From positions 1-32,000 of the forward strand of contig CAZMGA010000006.1 in the NCBI GenBank assembly GCA_964565725.1: DNA of 32,000 nt, given 5' to 3'. This DNA is from an uncultured archaeon (GTDB taxonomy: Archaea; Iainarchaeota; Iainarchaeia; Iainarchaeales; 0-14-0-20-30-16). The translations under genes and the position numbers were made by a program. The notes beneath the pieces were generated by a model. It saw nothing but the letters and a program-made list of their open reading frames with translations, searched no databases and was not told where the DNA came from. This document shows positions 26,994 to 32,000 of the stretch, piece after piece. Every line of letters begins with the position of its first letter. Position 1 is the stretch's first letter.

Positions 26994-28436
26994 AATGAAT
27001 TAAATAATTTAGCATTAAGAAGGAATATTATTTTTCCATGTAATGAAATTTATCCTAATAGTCCTGCTGGATTTTATGATTACGGCCCAATTGGTTTAAA
27101 AATAAAAAATAATTTAATAAATTTTTGGAGAAAAGAATTTTTAGAGGATTTAAATGCTTTAGAAATTGATGGTTGTCAAATACTTCCAGAACCAATTTTT
27201 AAAGCATCAGGACATTTAGATGGTTTTTTTGATCCTGTTTTAAAATGTTCAAAATGTGGTTTGTTTTATAGAGCCGATAAATTTTTAGAAAGTAAAAATA
27301 TAGTTATAGGTGAAAAAACACCTTTAAATGAAATAGATTCTATAATTAAAGACAATAATTTAAATTGTGAAAAATGTAAATCCCATTTTGAAAAAGCATT
27401 TCATTCTAGTTTAATGTTTGATTTAAATATTGGAACTAATAAAGATAAAGGATATTTGAGACCCGAAGCTTGTCAGAACATATTTTTAGATTTTTTGAGA
27501 ATTTATAAAGGTTCTAGAAGAAATTTACCTTTGCCTATAGCTCAAATTGGTAAAGCGTTTAGAAATGAAATAAGCCCTAGAAATGGAATAATAAGAGGTA
27601 GGGAATTCACTCAAATGGATATAGAAGTGTTTTTTGATCCTTCAGAAATTAATAATTTTGATTATTCTAAATATTTAGATTTAGAATTGCCAGTTTATTT
27701 ATTAAATGGCAAAGACCAAGAATTTATTAAAATAAAAGACTTAATTAATAGCAAGAAATTAAATTATGGTGTAGAAATTTATTACATTATTAAAGAATAT
27801 TTATTTTTTGTAAAAATGGGCATAACTAAAGAAAAAATGAGATTCAAAGAAGTATCTATAGAAGATAGACCGTTTTATTCTTTAACTACATGGGACTTTG
27901 AAGTATACGTAAAGGATTTAGGTTGGGTTGAACTAGTTGCTAATAATTATAGAACTGATCATGATTTAAAAGGTCATCAAGAAGTATCTAAAACAAAATT
28001 AGAAGTAATTAGTAATGATAAAAAAGTATTGCCACACGTTTTTGAAATTTCTATGGGTACAGATAGAATATTATATTCTTTATTAGCTAATAATTTAGAA
28101 GGTAATGATGAAAAGTTAGTTTTAAAGTTAAATGAATACATTACGCCTTATCATTTAGCAATATTTCCTTTGGTAAATAAAGATGGATTAGATAATATTG
28201 CTAAAAACATATATAATTTATTAAATAAGCATTATTCTGTAATTTATGATGATAAGGGTAGTATTGGTAAGAGATATGCTAGAGTAGATGAAATAGGAGT
28301 AAGATATTGTTTAACTGTTGATTTTGAGTCGAAAGAAAAAAATACTATAACTATAAGAGATTCTTGGACTACTAAACAAGAAATAATTAACATTTCTGAA
28401 ATAGAAGATTTTTTGGTAAAAAAATTTAAAAATTAA
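26994..28436 (+). CDS. glyS: Glycyl-tRNA synthetase (class II, archaeal/eukaryal type)
   Basis: NSPAGFYDYGPIGLKIKNNL, AQIGKAFRNEISPRNGIIRGREFTQMDIEVF, GTDRILYSLL. Track ORF begins 26982; ATG 26994 also possible. Confidence 0.95.
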   Translation, partial: NELNNLALRRNIIFPCNEIYPNSPAGFYDYGPIGLKIKNNLINFWRKEFLEDLNALEIDGCQILPEPIFKASGHLDGFFDPVLKCSKCGLFYRADKFLESKNIVIGEKTPLNEIDSIIKDNNLNCEKCKSHFEKAFHSSLMFDLNIGTNKDKGYLRPEACQNIFLDFLRIYKGSRRNLPLPIAQIGKAFRNEISPRNGIIRGREFTQMDIEVFFDPSEINNFDYSKYLDLELPVYLLNGKDQEFIKIKDLINSKKLNYGVEIYYIIKEYLFFVKMGITKEKMRFKEVSIEDRPFYSLTTWDFEVYVKDLGWVELVANNYRTDHDLKGHQEVSKTKLEVISNDKKVLPHVFEISMGTDRILYSLLANNLEGNDEKLVLKLNEYITPYHLAIFPLVNKDGLDNIAKNIYNLLNKHYSVIYDDKGSIGKRYARVDEIGVRYCLTVDFESKEKNTITIRDSWTTKQEIINISEIEDFLVKKFKN

Positions 28437-28488
28437 TAATAAATTACGGTAATTATTTTAAAGGAAAACGTTAAAAAACTTAATAGTA

Positions 28489-28515
28489 ATTACTTTTTTG
28501 TTAAGAAAAAGTAAT
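28489..28515 (+). terminator. 10-bp perfect hairpin downstream of glyS; possible terminator or RNA structure
   Basis: ATTACTTTTT (28489-28498) / TGTTAAG loop / AAAAAGTAAT (28506-28515). Confidence 0.35.
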
Positions 28516-28584
28516 AAAAAACATTAAAAAGTTAAAAAAGTTAAATAAGTTTTTTTTAAATAAACTCATATTATTATAGTATAA

Positions 28585-28680
28585 GAAACTCTTATTAAAA
28601 GGGTTTTCCTTCCGACTCTAAAACATTGTGTAAAAGGGGAGCTAAACTGTTGCAACAGGTCCCTGGCTTCCCTAAAAAAA
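28585..28680 (+). ncRNA. Candidate structured non-coding RNA, family not recognised; boundaries approximate
   Basis: Locally elevated GC in an AT-rich intergenic region with a TATA-like TTTAAATAAA at 28555-28564. Stem GGGGAGC (28636-28642)/GCTTCCC (28666-28672) encloses CTGT-TGCA-ACAG (28647-28658). No coding signal seen. Confidence 0.45.
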
Positions 28681-28725
28681 CAAATTTTGTAGATTTATTT
28701 ATAATCATATAAGTTATATTTATTT

Positions 28726-30084
28726 ATGCCAAAAAGCAAGCCTAAAGAAATCAATAGAAGAAAAGAAGAAATAAAAATAAAAAAGTCTACAAAGATAAAA
28801 GTAGATATAAAATCTAGTTTTAAAGAGAATTTAGAGTTAATATCAAAAAGGTTGTCTATTGATAAAAATTTGAATGTATTTAATTCTAAATTAATAAAAG
28901 ATTATTTAGATTTTTCAAAATCTATAGGTATTAGAGAATTAGATGCTAAAAAAATATTATTTGATTCTATTTTTGATAAAATTAAACATAATTCAATACT
29001 TTTAGATAAGCTACATAACTATTTTAAAGAGTTTGTTAATAAAGATGTTTTATTTAGGCTTCATATAATTAATAATTACTTAAAAAATAAAAATTATAAA
29101 ATTGTAGAAGAATTATTATTAAAAACTTTTAGTAGGTTTAATTTAAGGATAGAAAATAGCGATTTAATTCCAATTTTGCAAAGTGTAAATTATTTTCATA
29201 TCTTATTGTCAGAATATAAAGTAAATGAATTAATAATTAAGGCTTATACTGGCACAATTAATAAATTAAATAGTTCATTAAAAAAATTAAATCTTTCTGA
29301 AGAATATAAAAATAAAATAAATGAATTAAATAATAAAATTTTAGATATCTTCTCTAAAAATTATAATGAATTATCTTTAGAAAAACTAAAAAAAGAGGTA
29401 TACATAAATGAAGATTTATATAAACAAGGTAAAATGACTATTACTGAATATGAAGGTTTTATATTAGATACTTTTTCAATTGCTAATAAATTAGGCTTAA
29501 ATAAGTTTGCTTTTCAAATATTAAAGAAATTATCTAAGAATTATAAAAACGAATTGTTAATAACGCTTTTAAACGCAGAATCAGGTAATTTTGAATTGGC
29601 ATTTAAAAATTTAAATAGATTAAAAAGTAATCCTACTTTTAAAGAAGAATTATATTTTAATATAAAAGAAATATTAATTTCTCATGTAAATACAAAAAAT
29701 AATTTTGCTATTGAAAGATTATATAAATTTGTGAACTTAATTTTTAATAAATATATCCCTATTGATATTGAAGCACATTTTTTTGATGCTTTTTTGAATA
29801 CTAATAATTTTGAATATTATTTTGTAAGTATAAAAAGATTTAAGAAAAATATGTTATTAGAATCAGATGGTTTAGATGGTTTAATAGATGAGTGTTTTTC
29901 TTCTTATTTTAAAGCTTATGATAAATTTAAAGATCCAGCTATAAAAAATATTTTAGTTAAAGAATTATTAAATTTAAAAGAAATTACTAGTAATTCAGGT
30001 AATATTTCACCTTATGTCAAAAATCATTTGAAACATCTACAAGAACTTTTACAAGAACTTATTGAATTAAGAAAAGCTAATTAA
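28726..30084 (+). CDS. Large helical (possible TPR-like) hypothetical protein
   Basis: 452 aa, basic N-terminus, alternating helical segments throughout. Confidence 0.6.
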   Translation: MPKSKPKEINRRKEEIKIKKSTKIKVDIKSSFKENLELISKRLSIDKNLNVFNSKLIKDYLDFSKSIGIRELDAKKILFDSIFDKIKHNSILLDKLHNYFKEFVNKDVLFRLHIINNYLKNKNYKIVEELLLKTFSRFNLRIENSDLIPILQSVNYFHILLSEYKVNELIIKAYTGTINKLNSSLKKLNLSEEYKNKINELNNKILDIFSKNYNELSLEKLKKEVYINEDLYKQGKMTITEYEGFILDTFSIANKLGLNKFAFQILKKLSKNYKNELLITLLNAESGNFELAFKNLNRLKSNPTFKEELYFNIKEILISHVNTKNNFAIERLYKFVNLIFNKYIPIDIEAHFFDAFLNTNNFEYYFVSIKRFKKNMLLESDGLDGLIDECFSSYFKAYDKFKDPAIKNILVKELLNLKEITSNSGNISPYVKNHLKHLQELLQELIELRKAN

Positions 30085-30920
30085 AGATTATCTAACGGAT
30101 TTTTTGTTTTTTTAATTTCGTCATTACTTACTTTAGTATATATTTGAGTTGTAGATATATTAGAATGACCTAATAATGTTTGAATTGTTCTTAAATTTTC
30201 ACCAGAATCCAATAAATGGGTAGCAAAAGAGTGCCTTAAACAATGTGGGCTCACATCTTTTTGGATATTAGCTAATTTAGCAGATTCTTTAATTATTTTT
30301 TCAATTGTATCTGTTGAAAATGGTTTGCCATTAAGCTTTGCGAAGACATATTCAGAGCTATATTTCTTATTATATTTTAATCTATACTTATTATAGTTTA
30401 TAATCCATTTTTTTGATAAAATAATGTTTCTATCTTTATTACCCTTGCCTTCTATTACTTTTCCAATAGCATTTTCAAAATCTAAATCATTTATTTTTAA
30501 TCTACATAATTCAGATACTCTTAATCCAGAACTATATAACAATTCTAACATTAGACGATTTCTTATATCTTTAGTTTGTTCGAATAATCTTTTTGTTTCT
30601 TCTTTTGTTAATACTGTAGGCAAATATTTTTCTTTTTTTGGTAATTTAAAATCATCCATTATATTTAAATGTAAATATTGTTTATATAAAAATTTTATAG
30701 CAAAAAAAATCATTGACAAAGAAGTATTTTTAACATTTTGTTTCTTTTGGGCTAGGTATTTTATAATAAATTCCTTAGTTTCTTTTTTATCTAAAGTATA
30801 ATCTAAATTCTGATTTTTAGCAAATTTTAAAAATTCTGAAATATATAATAAATACTGATTTATTGTTTTTTCAGTATAACCTCTAATAATTAATTCGTTT
30901 TTTATTTTTTCTAAATCCAT
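30081..30920 (-). CDS. xerA: Tyrosine recombinase, Xer family (XerA-like)
   Basis: SAM-like N-terminal domain; SSGLRVSELCRLKI, GKGNKDR, PHCLRHSFATHLLDSG, LLGHSNISTTQIYT give the R-K-H-R-H-Y catalytic set. Confidence 0.95.
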   Translation of the reverse strand: MDLEKIKNELIIRGYTEKTINQYLLYISEFLKFAKNQNLDYTLDKKETKEFIIKYLAQKKQNVKNTSLSMIFFAIKFLYKQYLHLNIMDDFKLPKKEKYLPTVLTKEETKRLFEQTKDIRNRLMLELLYSSGLRVSELCRLKINDLDFENAIGKVIEGKGNKDRNIILSKKWIINYNKYRLKYNKKYSSEYVFAKLNGKPFSTDTIEKIIKESAKLANIQKDVSPHCLRHSFATHLLDSGENLRTIQTLLGHSNISTTQIYTKVSNDEIKKTKNPLDNL

Positions 30921-31049
30921 AATACAAAAACTATAAAAACTATAAATAGGTTTTCTTTATACATAATTTAAAATTTTAGTATCTTTTTTAATAAAAAGTT
31001 AACTATAAATTTGATTTATATATATTTTGTTAAAAATTCCTTCGTAAAA

Positions 31050-31077
31050 AATCGGGATAATAAAGATTATGCCGAAT
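31050..31077. promoter_or_regulatory. Candidate dif-like recombination site
   Basis: AATCGGGATAA-TAAAGA-TTATGCCGAAT: 11-bp arms (9/11 complementary) around a 6-bp centre, with ATAA/TTAT inner ends as in bacterial dif, just upstream of xerA. Confidence 0.5.
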
Positions 31078-31132
31078 TTTAGTTAATTTTATAAAAAATA
31101 GAGTTTTAAATAAGAAAGTTATGTAGATAACG

Positions 31133-31489
31133 TTAATTATCTACTTTTATTGTAAATTCTTTTTTATATTCCTTTTCAATATAATTATAATCTTCAGTAT
31201 GTTCTGTGAAAATTATTCTTGCAGGAAAATCATGAGGTACTGTTTGAGTTTTTGGAAAAATATCAAAATAATAAATTTTTGTTTTATTAGCCTCAATTTC
31301 ACCTAATTTTCTTTCTAAACTGTTAGCTAAACCAGTCTTTTCAACACTTAAATATTTACTAACTAAAAATTTTACTGATATTAATTTAGTAATATCTGAA
31401 TTATTAGTTATTTCTGCTCTTAAAGATACTGGTTGTTTATTACTTAAAGACATTCTGAAAGGCAGTAATACTGTTTTTATTGTTAACAT
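31133..31489 (-). CDS. Conserved-looking hypothetical protein with probable beta-sandwich (CARDB-like) fold
   Basis: 118 aa: PVSLRAEITNNSDITKLISVKFLVSK...RKLGEIEANKTKIYYFDIFP resembles a cell-adhesion-like Ig fold. Confidence 0.55.
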   Translation of the reverse strand: MLTIKTVLLPFRMSLSNKQPVSLRAEITNNSDITKLISVKFLVSKYLSVEKTGLANSLERKLGEIEANKTKIYYFDIFPKTQTVPHDFPARIIFTEHTEDYNYIEKEYKKEFTIKVDN

Positions 31490-31569
31490 TTATATCACCC
31501 ATATTATATATATAATATTATAAGTATAATATATAATAAGTATTTAAAAGTTTTGTGTCTGATTATACT

Positions 31570-32000
31570 ATGTTAACATTAATTTTATCTAAAAATAATG
31601 AGTTTAGTAATATATTATTTAATTATCTATTAGATAATAGTTTATTAACTAATGTAAATGAATTGTATTACTATAACAATATACCTATAAAATTTTTTGA
31701 CAATTTTTTAGATATTAAAGATTCTGAATTAGAAAATAATGAATATATTGTGTTATCTAGTCATAAATCTACGACTCAAACAGAAGATTCTATTTCAATT
31801 CACTTTCCTGGTAATTTTAATACTGCTGAATTATTTGGAGAAAATTATAAATTATCTTTAGCAAATATAAATTATTTTAATAAGTTATATCATATTTTAA
31901 AAAATAATATTAATAAAGATTTGAAATTTTGGATAGAAGTAACTCATCATGGGCCTAGTGTAAATAAAGAAATAATGTTTTATGAAATAGGGCCAAATTC
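31570..32000 (+). CDS. dtdA: D-aminoacyl-tRNA deacylase, archaeal type (DTD2/DtdA), 3' truncated by window edge
   Basis: Translation MLTLILSKNNEFSN...EYIVLSSHKSTTQTEDSISIHFPGNFNTAELFG...KFWIEVTHHGPSVNKEIMFYEIGPN has the S-H-K-S, HxPGN, THHGP and EIG motifs. Confidence 0.9.
   Translation, partial: MLTLILSKNNEFSNILFNYLLDNSLLTNVNELYYYNNIPIKFFDNFLDIKDSELENNEYIVLSSHKSTTQTEDSISIHFPGNFNTAELFGENYKLSLANINYFNKLYHILKNNINKDLKFWIEVTHHGPSVNKEIMFYEIGPN

Noticed and set aside
28585-28680. tRNA gene at the structured intergenic element
   Set aside because: The 7-bp GGGGAGC/GCTTCCC stem resembles an acceptor stem, but the enclosed sequence is far too short and has no D-loop, anticodon arm or GTTCRANNC box.
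30081-30920. Xer-family recombinase as an integron or mobile-element integrase
   Set aside because: No attachment-site duplication, tRNA target or cargo genes nearby; sequence looks like a housekeeping XerA with a candidate dif beside it.
31490-31569. Short AT-only palindromes (TATATATAATATATTATA) as regulatory repeats
   Set aside because: Such AT runs occur in many intergenic regions here and are expected from composition and TATA-box content.
1-32000. CRISPR array, toxin-antitoxin, restriction-modification or other defence system
   Set aside because: No regularly spaced repeats and no recognisable Cas, nuclease, methyltransferase or TA domains in any frame examined.

Overview
This 32 kb window comes from an AT-rich archaeal genome. 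The compact gene set and divergent small proteins suggest a DPANN-type lineage (inference). It opens inside the 3' part of a 23S rRNA gene. The rest is mostly core cellular genes: Kae1, Pth2, thioredoxin, MCM helicase, a presenilin-like protease, a GNAT acetyltransferase, L1-L10-L12, Spt5-SecE-FtsZ with a very divergent uL11, ribose-1,5-bisphosphate isomerase plus AMP phosphorylase, TBP, MscS, ValRS, GlyRS, a Xer recombinase and a DTD2-type deacylase running off the right edge. I found no CRISPR array, phage, transposon, toxin/antitoxin or obvious defence island. The most interesting signals are: (1) a 28-bp dif-like palindrome 129 bp upstream of the xer gene; (2) a relatively GC-rich structured intergenic element at 28.6 kb that looks like an uncharacterised ncRNA; (3) three convergent gene pairs that each share one TTAA tetranucleotide as reciprocal TAA stops; (4) an inverted, broken form of the classical ftsZ-secE-spt5-L11-L1-L10-L12 cluster, with a divergent uL11 and an L10/P0 lacking its acidic C-terminal tail; (5) a missed phosphoribosyltransferase gene carrying an in-frame TGA at a probable Trp plus a homopolymer frameshift; (6) paired adjacent genes for basic, tail-bearing proteins of unknown function.
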